This document shows positions 1 to 14,500 of a stretch of DNA of 43,790 bases, piece after piece. The stretch's first letter is position 1; the number at the start of each line of letters is the position of its first letter. The stretch is from Macrostomum lignano. Its lineage: Eukaryota. The stretch covers positions 1 through 43,790 of the forward strand of contig NIVC01003463.1 of NCBI GenBank assembly GCA_002269645.1, in the 5' to 3' direction. The notes under the pieces are model-generated. The model was not told where the DNA came from. It did no database searches and worked only from the letters and a program-made list of their open reading frames with translations. A program made the position numbers and the translations under genes.

Positions 1-170
1 CTCCTCAACCTGTCACCCCCCTCTTCCTCAACCTGTCACCACCACTCTCTTCTCAACTGTCACCCCATCCTCCTCTAACCTGTCACCCCCCTCTTTCTCT
101 CAACCTGTCACCACCCATCCTCCTCAACCTGTCAATCCCTTCTTCCTCAACTGTCAATCTCCTCCCTTCC
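1..170. repeat. Degenerate ~28-bp CT-rich minisatellite (TRAPPC10 intron)
   Basis: Repeated CTCAACCTGTCACC. Confidence 0.8.
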
Positions 171-195
171 CTTCAAAGACTCATGCGGAACTCAC

Positions 196-4157
<3,962 letters not shown>

Positions 4158-5732
4158 TTTGAAAGAATAAAATAAAACTTTTTTATTTTTTGGAGGGTAA
4201 CACTGTATTTGATCCTTTAGTTATTTAATTTAAGCTGTGGGTTTGTCGAACTTGCATTAAACTTGCATTTAAGATCTGCAAACATATTTAAGAAAGTTCA
4301 AAAAAAATTTAAATAAGTGTAACTAAAATTACTAATGAACTAGAAGATAGCACAAAACTCAAAAGGCACAAAACACAAGAAACGGCTTCCGAAGTCAATC
4401 GGTTCTTTAAAAAATTATTATTCTCGCTTCTACGAAAACGGCTTAAATTGTCAATTTAAAATAGCTACAACTTTTAACTACCGTGGATTCACGACTGTTC
4501 GGCTTGAATGTTGAATTATTCTTTTTGAATTTCGTATTTAATACTTAATAGCATATCATTAACTCTAATTTGTGATATTTGATATGATGCTTCGTATAGA
4601 GTTACATAGGATTATTAGGATTACTTAGTAATACTTAGGAGTTAGGATTACTTAATCAGGGCATTCCCGCTCAAATAAATATTTTCTATTAGCAATGATT
4701 GCCAATGATCATGGATCATGACGCATAGCACAACTTATTACTTGATCTGGGACCAAAGAAGATTGCGGCTGCAGCGCATTCGATACCATTACCTGACAAA
4801 AAAGGACACATTCCCTTTCACTCATAAACTGCATGTGGTTTATTTGTACAGTAAGCATGTAAATCTATACTACACCAATGCCTCGGATAACGTTCTAGAA
4901 TTCATTGCGTACTGTGTGGCTCATTAATTAATTCTCCCAGAGTTTTTTCGCGCTAAAATACTACTGACAGGGGAGCAAGATACTTCATACGAATGATGCC
5001 CATTACATAAATAATTGTACATGTATAGTTGTACACAATTAATACATTTTAAGTGCAAATATTAAGCTCTATCTGAATCGTCAGGCGGCTTGAAATATAT
5101 TTCATATAGCCGAATTTAGTTAATTTTTATTATCGTACACAAGGCATGAAAACACAAACACAGTAACTGTGCCGCACTGTATGTAGGTGTAGCTCGTAGT
5201 AAATGATTATCACAATTATTACAAAACACATCAAGTTGTTTATTGGTTTATTCCAAATAATAATCTATTACAGGTGCTTCTTTTATCAATACTACCGTAA
5301 TAACTACCATTGCTAGCAAATCCGTCAAGCCAATCATGACAACAAACAGATAAAAATAAAGGAATTAATTAAGCAAAAGGAACGATTGTAGTCAGGTTCG
5401 TATTAAATGATAACTAATCAACAGAGCATGTATAAGAATCCAATTACTATACAACAAAGACATCAGGTCACATGCAGATACATGTGTTGCATAGAGTTGA
5501 GTTCAGTTAGAAGATACAAACAGCCTTAAGAATAGATGAATATATACTCAATAAACTGCATGCAGAGCTTACGGATTTGTTTAAGACGGAACACTTTATC
5601 ATCCGCCTGCTTTAATTGAAGTAGCCAGTTACAGATCCGACATAAATGTACTCGCACTAAGACTTAAATAATAAAACCCCTAGGCGCCGAGCTATCGAAC
5701 TTTGTATTGCAACCGATACGCTTGACTGAAGC

Positions 5733-8154
5733 TCAGGCCGACTGTACACTCAGCCCCGACGGACTGGTGCCAGGCCGAGGCAGCAGGCAGTCGGCGCCGG
5801 CAGACTCGGTGCTGCCCGCTACTGACGTGGCCGCTGCGGCCACAGCCACGGCAGCTTCGCTGTCCGAGGCCTGCTGCTGCTGCAGCTCGCTAGCGGCCGG
5901 GTTCAACGGCCGTTCAATGTGAAAGCCCAGAGGGCACAGCGACCTGTCTGAATTTTCGCTAGCAGGCAGGACATTGTCGGACGGCTGGCCGGCCAGGTAG
6001 CCGAGCAGTTCGCGCAGGTTCTGCGCTGTGGCGCGCAGATTTGGCGGCCGGCGCGTATTGAGGCCGGCGTTGCACCACAGGCCGTAGATGTTGAGGTTGA
6101 GCAGGAACACGCCGCGGAGGAAGTAGCTGCGCTCCTTGCCCCGACTGTAGAGAGGGAACTCGCGCTCGGCAAAGTTTAGTATAACGTCGTCCCGAACGAG
6201 AGACTTTGAGCCGCGGCAGATGAGGCTGTGACGCTGGAATGCGAATGAAAGTGTATTTTAAATTACACTCTTGAAGAATGAAGAATTCTCTTAAGTGGTC
6301 TTAATGGATTACAGAAAGTTATCTCAAATCAACAGTGAAAATGCAACACCGTCGAGATATTTAACAATTCAGTCTTGAAGATTGACAGCCTCGCAACTCT
6401 GTAATCTCTCACCACATGTCTGTTATCGCTCTCCTCATGTCCCTAAAATCGCTCCCCGTGTCCCTACAATCTCCTCCCCGTGTGCCTACAATCTCTCCCC
6501 GTGTGCCTACAATCTCTCCCCGTGTGCCTACAATCTCTCCCCGTGTCCCTACAATCTCTCCCCGGGTGCCTACAATCTCTCTCCGTGTGCCTACAATCTC
6601 TCCCCGGGTGCCTACAATCTCTCCCCGGGTCCCTACAATCTCTCTCCGTGTGCCTACAATCTCTCCCCGGGTGCCTACAATCTCTCCCCGGGTCCCTACA
6701 ATCTCTCTCCGTGTGCCTACAATCTCTCCCCGGGTGCCTACAATCTCTCCCCGGGTCCCTACAATCTCTCTCCGTGTGCCTACAATCTCTCCCCGGGTGC
6801 CTACAATCTCTCCCCGGGTGCCTACAATCTCTCTCCGTGTGCCTACAATCTCTCCCGTGTGCCTAAAATCTTAGTCAGAAAAAGTTAGTCAGATGGTTGG
6901 TCTTTAAACGATGGTCAAACGATGAAGAGCACAGCGACAGCTAGCGCCAACTCACCAGCGGGCAGTCCATCACGGAGGCTATTAGCTGGGTCAGCTGGGC
7001 GGTCATGCCGAATGCGGCGGCATACTTGGCCTCCTCAGCGCTGGACAGGCGGCCCTCCAGCCGTTTAGACATGGGCAGCGGCACGTCGGCGATGCTCTCG
7101 TCGCCTAAGCGGAAAATTTCAGCCAGCTGTTCGAACCAGGCCTGCCGCTGATTGGCCAGCTGACAGCGGGCCTGCTGCAGCTCCAGCTGACCGACGCGGA
7201 GGCTTGAGCAGTTGTCGCGTACGGAGTCGGCTGCGGCCTCGGCAGCCACGCTCACTGCACATACAGACAGTTTATGATAACAAATGAACTGTAACAACAC
7301 TTTAAATGGCTTGTGTAAAAAATAATTCGCAAGCTCAAGTCACCGGTAGAGAAGGAAGATAAGAGAAAGGAGAGGCGAGAGATTAAAGGAGAAGAGAGGA
7401 GTGGAGAGAAGAGGAGAAGAGATGAGAGAGAAGAGCGCTGAGAAGAGATAGCTTGTAAACATTGAGCGGGCCGGATTGCTATTGTGAATTATTTCAAAAG
7501 ACCCAAGGGCCGGATAGAGAGGCTCTGCGGGCCGGAGTTTGCCGCCGACTCATGCTCTGAATGAATATGGCTATGCTAGGAATGAAAACCGTCTCTGGCA
7601 CTTTGACTTCCTTCTTTCTAACCCAAAAGAGCATCTGTGTGACAGAAAAGTTTTACTCAAGCTTGTGTCAATGCCAAGCCAATGCCAGACTCACAAGCTG
7701 CCAGGCTGTCGGCCAACTGGCCGGTCTCGCTGCGCAGAGTCGCCAGTCGCTGGCGCCATTCGCTAAGCAGGGCAGCCTGACCGGCCACCTGACGGCGTCG
7801 GAGCCGCACCAGGGCGCGCATCTCCTCGGCGCGGCGCCGCCCGGCCATGGGGCGCTCGGCCTCGGCTAGGCTGCGCCGTGCGCTCAGACGCTCGGCCTCG
7901 AGATCTACGGAGCGGAAGGTGGCGGCCAGGAGGCGCCGCATGCCGGCCAAGCCGTAGGAGGTCGCGGGCTGGCGGCGGCGCCGGTTCGGCAGGACGCCGC
8001 TGGTCAGTGGGCAGGCGAGTGGGCCGCGGCCGGCCAGGAATGTGACGCCTTTTAGGCGCAGCGCGAGCGTCGGCCTGCAATTGGATTGCATATTTATAGT
8101 GTTTACAGACAGGCAGAAAGACAGACAGACAGACAGAAAGACCGACCAACAGCC

Positions 8155-8185
<31 letters not shown>

Positions 8186-8196
8186 GAGACACACAC

Positions 8197-8227
<31 letters not shown>

Positions 8228-8254
8228 CACACACAGACAGACACACACACACAC

Positions 8255-8293
<39 letters not shown>

Positions 8294-8306
8294 CAGACAG
8301 ACAGAC

Positions 8307-8379
<73 letters not shown>

Positions 8380-8975
8380 AAAGCACACCCGTTGCAAGCG
8401 CACGCGGACGCAACAAGCAGGGCGGTCACGTCGTCCTCCCGCTGGGCCGGCCAGGTCAGGCCGTCCACATCGAGCCGGACGGCTGCCTCGAACCAAGGCG
8501 CCGCAGCCGTCCGGACAGCGCGGCCGGGTCCCCGGTAGAAGGCAACGGTGAAGGCGGCCAAGGCTCGGCTCCGCTCGGTTAGCGGCGAGCCAATCAGGGG
8601 CAGGCGGTCCCACCTGGCCAGCTGGGCGCCCTGACGGTGGCAGGGCTCGAAGTGGCCGAGGTCGGATTTGTAGAAATACTGGCCCGGCTGGCTGTCGGGC
8701 TGGCGCAGAGTGAAGAACAGAGGCTGGCCGCGCAGCGAGGCGAACTGCGGCCCGGCCTCGGCGATCTGCAGCAGCAGGCAGTCCAGATGGCGAACTCGCA
8801 GCGAAGCAACGAATTCGCGCAGCGCGGCCTCCTCGGCGGCCTCCTCGGAGTCGTTTGCTGCCACATTTGCCGTGGCTTTGCCGTTGCTGGCGGCCGGTAA
8901 CTCAGCGCTACTAACAGTAGCAAGGGTGGGATAGGTAATGATCGGACCGGCTTGCGACTGTCTCTTTGGGCCCAT
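5733..8975 (-). CDS. UVRAG: UV radiation resistance-associated protein (PI3KC3 complex II subunit). 4 exons: 8975-8389, 8074-7695, 7254-6956, 6233-5733; about 588 aa.
   Basis: LRVRHL, FFTLR..FYKSD (C2-like), a coiled coil, then [22 protein letters not shown]|[43 protein letters not shown] (cf. UVRAG ALGYTAHL..VPLRYPI..GSRS..EREFPLY..GVYLLNKNI). Intron phases 2/1/0 join into one open frame. Confidence 0.88.
6440..6870. repeat. 21-bp minisatellite, ~20 copies (UVRAG intron 3)
   Basis: CTCCCCGTGTGCCTACAATCT units. Confidence 0.95.
7400..7543 (-). mobile_element. hAT/Charlie-like transposon end fragment (UVRAG intron 2)
   Basis: Reverse complement matches 11345-11500: GGCAAACTCCGGCCCG..AGCCTCTCTATCCGGCCC..GGGTC.TTTGAAA..TCACAATAGCAATCCGG. 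Confidence 0.55.
8105..8380. repeat. (CAGA)n/(CA)n microsatellite filling UVRAG intron 1
   Basis: Direct. Confidence 0.97.
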
Positions 8976-9224
8976 GGCGAGTCAGCAGCGCCATGGAGTT
9001 CGGGTTGGTGCAGCCGCCCGTTTATGTGCTACCGCTTGGCTTCCGGTGCCGGCTTACCTCAGCTGGGGAATGCAGTGTTTTTACTTGATCAGCTTAATGA
9101 GTAGTGCGCCTTCCTTCGCATTTCCAAACTTACTGATCAACAAGCATCGCATTCTCTAAACATTAAAATTCTCAATTACTCACAATCTCTAAACTATAAA
9201 CTAAAAATCTGCCTGTTCCCTATA

Positions 9225-10625
9225 CTGCACGTGACTCAAACTGCACATGACTCAAATTGCACATGACTCAAACTGCACATGACTCAAGCTGCACATGACT
9301 CAAACTGCACATGACTCAAACTGCACATGAAACAAATTGCACATGACTCAAGCTGCACATGACTCAAGCTGCACATGACTCAAACTGTATATGACTCAAA
9401 CTGCACATGACTCAAACTGCACATGAAACAAATTGCACATGACTCAAGCTGCACATGACTCAAGCTGCACATGACTCAAGCTGCACATGACTCAAGCTGC
9501 ACATGACTCAAACTGTACATGACTCAAACTGCACATGACTCAAACTGCACATGAAACAAATTGCACATGACTCAAGCTGCACATGACTCAAGCTGCACAT
9601 GACTCAAACTGTACATGACTCAAACTGCACATGACTCAAACTGCACATGACTCAAACTGCACATGAAACAAATTGCACATGACTCAAGCTGCACATGACT
9701 CAAGCTGCACATGACTCAAACTGTACATGACTCAAACTGCACATGACTCAAACTGCACATGACTCAAACTGCACATGACTCAAACTGCACATGAAACAAA
9801 TTGCACATGACTCAAGCTGCACATGACTCAAACTGTACATGACTCAAACTGCACATGAAACAAATTGCACATGACTCAAGCTGCACATGACTCAAGCTGC
9901 ACATGACTCAAACTGTACATGACTCAAACTGCACATGACTCAAACTGCACATGACTCAAACTGCACATGAAACAAATTGCACATGACTCAAACTGCACAT
10001 GACTCAAGCTGCACATGACTCAAACTGTACATGACTCAAACTGCACATGACTCAAACTGCACATGACTCAAACTGCACATGACTCAAACTGCACATGACT
10101 CAAACTGTACATGACTCAAACTGCACATGACTCAAACTGCACATGAAACAAATTGCACATGACTCAAACTGCACATGACTCAAGCTGCACATGACTCAAA
10201 CTGTACATGACTCAAACTGCACATGACTCAAACTGCACATGAAACAAATTGCACATGACTCAAACTGCACATGACTCAAACTGTACATGACTCAAACTGC
10301 ACATGACTCAAACTGCACATGACTCAAGCTGCACATGACTCAAGCTGCACATGACTCAAACTGTACATGACTCAAACTGCACATGACTCAAACTGCACAT
10401 GACTCAAACTGCACATGAAACAAATTGCACATGAAACAAATTGCACATGACTCAAGCTCATGTGCAATTGCACATGACTCAAACTGCACATGACTCAAGC
10501 TGCACATGACTCAAACTGTACATGACTCAAACTGCACATGACTCAAACTGCACATGACTCAAACTGCACATGACTCAAACTGCAAATGACTCAAACTGCA
10601 CATGACTTAAATGGCTACTGCACAT
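9225..10625. repeat. 15-bp tandem array, ~90 units, upstream of UVRAG
   Basis: CTGCACATGACTCAA(A/G) with variant units TTGCACATGA, CTGTACATGA and GAAACAAA. Confidence 0.97.
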
Positions 10626-11334
10626 AACTGAAATAACTACTGCACATTCATCAAAAAGCATATTGCCTGAATAAAATGCATTTTCTTGTATTGTTCTCAA
10701 AAAGTAATAAAATAATCTAAAAAGCACATTTTTTAAGGAATCAAAGCAACATTTTTATTGCAATACTGCATAATGTTTAAAATAAAATGACTCACAATGG
10801 TTGGATTATGATCAAATTAGCATTGAAATTTTAGAGCACAACGGTTTATAATTCAAATGATATATGTGTATAACTTCATTTAGAGGGATTTAACAATATA
10901 TTGTAGTGAGACAGGCGGTAGAAGAAACTACTATAAGTAGCCAATGACGCGAAACAGATAGCACAGTGACTAATTAAATCATCAATTTCAGTTTTAGAGT
11001 GGATTTAACTTCTAGTTGAACATGTATTCAAGTTCAATTGTATTTGGCACAAAGCCAAAAAATAGAATTATCATAATTGATAATTAATTTAATTAATCAC
11101 ACGAGGCTCTAACAAAACTAGGGTCACATCTGAGCGTCCAGAATTTAAATTAACAGGGCCTGACAACTTAAGCTCATAAAGTGTAGTCCCTAATCATCCC
11201 CTTGGTTGTTTTTTTTCCTTTTTTTGCCAAACCCAGCTTCCTGGTGTCACTGTAAACAGAATGACGCATCATTCGTGTGCAGAGGTTACTCGGGTTACTA
11301 GGTTACTACGTACTACTATGTGTACATAGTAGTT

Positions 11335-11525
11335 CAGAGGTTGGCAAACTCCGGCCCGAGGGCCACATGCGGCCCGCAAAGCCTCTCTATCCGGCCCTCG
11401 GGTCCTTTGAAACTTCACAATAGCAATCCGGACTGCTCAAGATCTGTGTCTCTTCTCAGCTCTCTTCTCTCTAATCTCCCCTCTCTTCTCCTATCTCACT
11501 TCCCTCTCCTCTCTCCCCTCCTCTG
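11335..11525 (+). mobile_element. hAT/Charlie-like transposon end fragment
   Basis: CAGAGGTTGGCAAACTCCGGCCCGAGGGCCACATGCGGCCCGC resembles Charlie/SPIN-type termini; homologous to 7400-7543. Confidence 0.55.
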
Positions 11526-11737
11526 ACCCGAAGCATTACCAATTGGTTGAGACAGGGCATTACCAATCAGAACTGTGCAAAACAAACTTAGAAGGATTTC
11601 ATAAGTGACAGATTTTTTTTCTCAATTTCTGAGCTGTATAAAATCACTAATGTAACAAGTGAGCGCTGGTTCATTGAGATGAGGAACTTTGCCTTTGTGA
11701 AAAAAAAAAATGAAAAAAACACACAGAATCGGAGCAA

Positions 11738-12202
11738 CTATTTGCCAGTAATCTGGCTAATGGGATCTCGCAGCGAGTCAGCCAGTTTAGCAGCTTTCAA
11801 CCGGAGCATGCCCAGCGGCACGGTGGCATTGGCGTAGAGGCACAGCAGGATGCTGCTCACGTAGGCTATGTACAGGCTGCCATTGGTACAAACAACAGTC
11901 ATGTCCTGCAGGCCGGCTGGGGCTTGAGAGCTGGCAGCCCCGGCCCCTACGCCGCTGCTGGGGCCACCGACACTGGAGCTGCTGTTGCCGCCGCCGCCGC
12001 CGCCATTCACTGAGCAGCGCTCCATGGTGTCCCACAGGTTGGCGGCGATGGCGGCCAGCACGCGGGCATCGGTGTCGGCAGTGTAGCCGGAGCAAGCTAG
12101 CAGGGCTCCGTCCAGAGATAGGAGCAGCGACGATTGAACTCCGTCTGTGTTTGTCTGGCTGAGCAGCTGCGCTACTGAGCGCGGCTTTAATGTTATTCCA
12201 GT
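11738..12202 (-). CDS. LAMTOR2: Ragulator subunit LAMTOR2 (roadblock/LC7 fold), single coding exon with no in-frame ATG
   Basis: Frame reads TGITLKPRSVAQLLSQTNTDGVQSSLLLSLDGALLACSGYTADTDARVLAAIAANLW...LLCLYANATVPLGMLRLKAAKLADSLRDPISQI, matching [51 protein letters not shown]. Contains a Gly/Ser-rich insertion. Confidence 0.92.
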   Translation of the reverse strand, partial: TGITLKPRSVAQLLSQTNTDGVQSSLLLSLDGALLACSGYTADTDARVLAAIAANLWDTMERCSVNGGGGGGNSSSSVGGPSSGVGAGAASSQAPAGLQDMTVVCTNGSLYIAYVSSILLCLYANATVPLGMLRLKAAKLADSLRDPISQITGK

Positions 12203-12479
12203 CTGCGGATTGGCGGCGGCGGGCTTGCATTGTCCTACTTGACTACTGGCCAGTAATAGATGGCAGGCATTAATAGGTATAATTATGATCTAATTGAGAA
12301 TATGGGAATAACTTGAGAGTATCTTAAGTATCCAAGATAGGATTCTGGTTGTTGGGAATAGACTACAGTTACAGACATACACAATTATGCATGACAGGAG
12401 AGGTCAAGAGATCTTGATCAAAATATAACTGGGACCTCGCCAAGGACAATAAAAAAGATGCAGAAAAACTCCACTACAA

Positions 12480-12750
12480 ATGAATGGAAGGTGCAGACTC
12501 CTTTATTACAGATGAATGGAAGGTGCAGACTCCTTTATTACAGATGACTGTAAGGTGCAGATACCTTTATTACAGATGACTAAAAAGTGCAGATACCTTC
12601 ACTACAGGTGACTGGAAGATGCAGATACCTTTATTACAGAGGACTAAAAAGTGCAGATATCTTTATTACAGGTGACTGAAGTGCAGATACCTCCATTACA
12701 GGTGAGTTTAAGGTGCAGATACCTTTATTACCTATGACTGAAAGGTGAAA
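12480..12750. repeat. 32-bp minisatellite, ~8 copies
   Basis: TGACTG.AAGGTGCAGATACCTTTATTACAG units. Confidence 0.9.
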
Positions 12751-13245
12751 AGAATTTTTTAAACTCAAACCCATCAGGGGAATGCTATAAAAAGACGCGA
12801 AGCAAAAGTACTATTGAATTATTTACTTACACAAGGTTTCAGCTGACAAGAACTGCAGGTGAGAAAAACACGCTTGAATAGCAAAAACTGACGCACAAGT
12901 TAATATAGGCGGAACATTAGAATGGGAAATTAAAAAAGTAAATATCAGCTCACGAATTAAACAGGTGAGTTGAGCCAGAGTGAAATGCAGCATTAATAAA
13001 TACATGCATCTTAGAGCAATATAAACTTTAGCACCTCAACAAAGTAAAAATTGGCTTATCAAATCAATAATTATAGAACACGGAAAGATAAACAAAATCG
13101 GAGACCATTTGTTTATTTTATTTACACGCAAATAAAATGCTTCTAGTTAAAAGCTGACTAACTAGCAAATAGTACAGGACACAGGTTGTGGCAATAATAT
13201 TTTTACAGCAGCTAATAAAAGTCAATTGCAGGTGTGCAGCAGTCG

Positions 13246-13839
13246 TCAGACACTGCCTCGCCTATCCCTGCCCAGAGACTCCAGCTGAGTGGACAAGCTG
13301 GACAGATCCTCAGCTATGGACTGCAGGCCGCAGATGAGGCTGCTAGCTCGCTCGTTGTACACCTGCAGGGTGTCAGTCAGCTGGGACAGCTTCAGCCTGG
13401 CGGGCGACGGGATCTGCTCGCCGTCGGCGAATAAATTAATGTTGAGGTTCACCTGCTGCTGGTGATGCTGAAGAGGATGAGGCTGAGCAGCTGTCTGCTG
13501 CTGCTGCGTTGGCTCTTTATCGACAGTCTTTGTAGATTTGTCTCGAATCGGCTGCTTCTGTCTCTGCTGCTGCTGAAATCTGTGGCGCTGCTTCGGCACC
13601 GCGGAGGCGGTCGCCGCCGCAGGCCGGACTCGCGCGGCGGTGACAGCGGCTGCGTTGGTGCCAGTTTCGGTTGTTGCAGACGCCTGGCTAACTGTGGCGG
13701 TGACAGCGGCTCGAGTCCGATTGGCCACCACGGAGGCTGGCACGGGCAGGCGGGACTGGCGCCAGTAACGACTGGCAGCGGCAGCGGCCTGCTGCGATGG
13801 CTGAGCAGCGGTCCGGCTGCTGGCTGCTTTGGTGGACAT
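13246..13839 (-). CDS. Uncharacterised 197-aa protein: Ala/Thr/Gln-rich N-terminus, C-terminal coiled coil
   Basis: GC-rich ORF island in AT-rich DNA. Pyrimidine-rich acceptor (ttcgctctccAG, 13850-13852) lies 10 nt before the ATG. Heptad-like end LSQLTDTLQVYNERASSLICGLQSIAEDLSSLSTQLESL. Confidence 0.6.
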   Translation of the reverse strand: MSTKAASSRTAAQPSQQAAAAASRYWRQSRLPVPASVVANRTRAAVTATVSQASATTETGTNAAAVTAARVRPAAATASAVPKQRHRFQQQQRQKQPIRDKSTKTVDKEPTQQQQTAAQPHPLQHHQQQVNLNINLFADGEQIPSPARLKLSQLTDTLQVYNERASSLICGLQSIAEDLSSLSTQLESLGRDRRGSV

Positions 13840-14149
13840 TGCGGATCAGCTGGAGAGCGAACAGTTATTTACCTATGACATATGAATTTAAGCACTTGTC
13901 AACATGCCATCAACTGTGACAATATAGTGGATAGCAGTATCAAAAATGTCAAATAGGAATTTTGCATCAGTAATATATTTCGGTATAGAAAGGTATAAAT
14001 GTAACCTGTTTTTTGCAGACATGCATGACACACATGCACATGTATTTAATCATATTCTATAAACTCTAAGCGAGCTATATATAAGTTGGTGATGCCAGAT
14101 ATATCCGATTGAGAGTTGCCCAGTTGCAGAGCTGCTCAATCAAGTTTCA

Positions 14150-14500
14150 CTACTAGCAGAGCCATCCAATCAGGTGCCACCATTAGCAGAGCCATCCAAT
14201 CAAGTGACACCGTTAGCAGAGCCACCCAATCAGGTGCCACCATTAGCAGAGCCATCCAATCAGGTGCCACCATTAGCAGAGCCATCCAATCAAGTGACAC
14301 CATTAGCAGAGCCACCCAATCAGGTGCCACCATTAGCAGAGCCACCCAATCAGGTGCCACCATTAGCAGAGCCACCCAATCAGGTGCCACCACTAGCAGA
14401 GCCATCCAATCAGGTGTCACCACTAGCAGAGCCATCCTATCAGGTGTCACCACTAGCAGAGCCACCTAATCAAGTGCCACAACTGGTAGAGCCACCAAAA
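14150..14500. repeat. 30-bp minisatellite, ~11 copies
   Basis: GCCA(T/C)CCAATCAGGTGCCACCATTAGCAGA units. Confidence 0.95.

Noticed and set aside
6382-6888. Repeat-peptide ORFs in three frames (PCAYNLS etc.)
   Set aside because: A 21-bp stop-free minisatellite inside UVRAG intron 3.
7657-8613. 318-aa and 290-aa ORFs crossing (CAGA)n
   Set aside because: Real UVRAG exons fused through a microsatellite intron; the splice model explains them.
9225-10625. CRISPR-like appearance of this and other arrays
   Set aside because: No unique spacers, no cas genes, eukaryotic context.
7400-11525. Composite transposon capturing UVRAG 5' end between two hAT-like ends
   Set aside because: Both are the same end and point outward; there is no enclosing TIR pair or TSD.
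11787-12230. 147-aa ORF MQARRRQ...
   Set aside because: Out of frame with the conserved LAMTOR2 sequence; kept only as an alternative start if an indel error exists.
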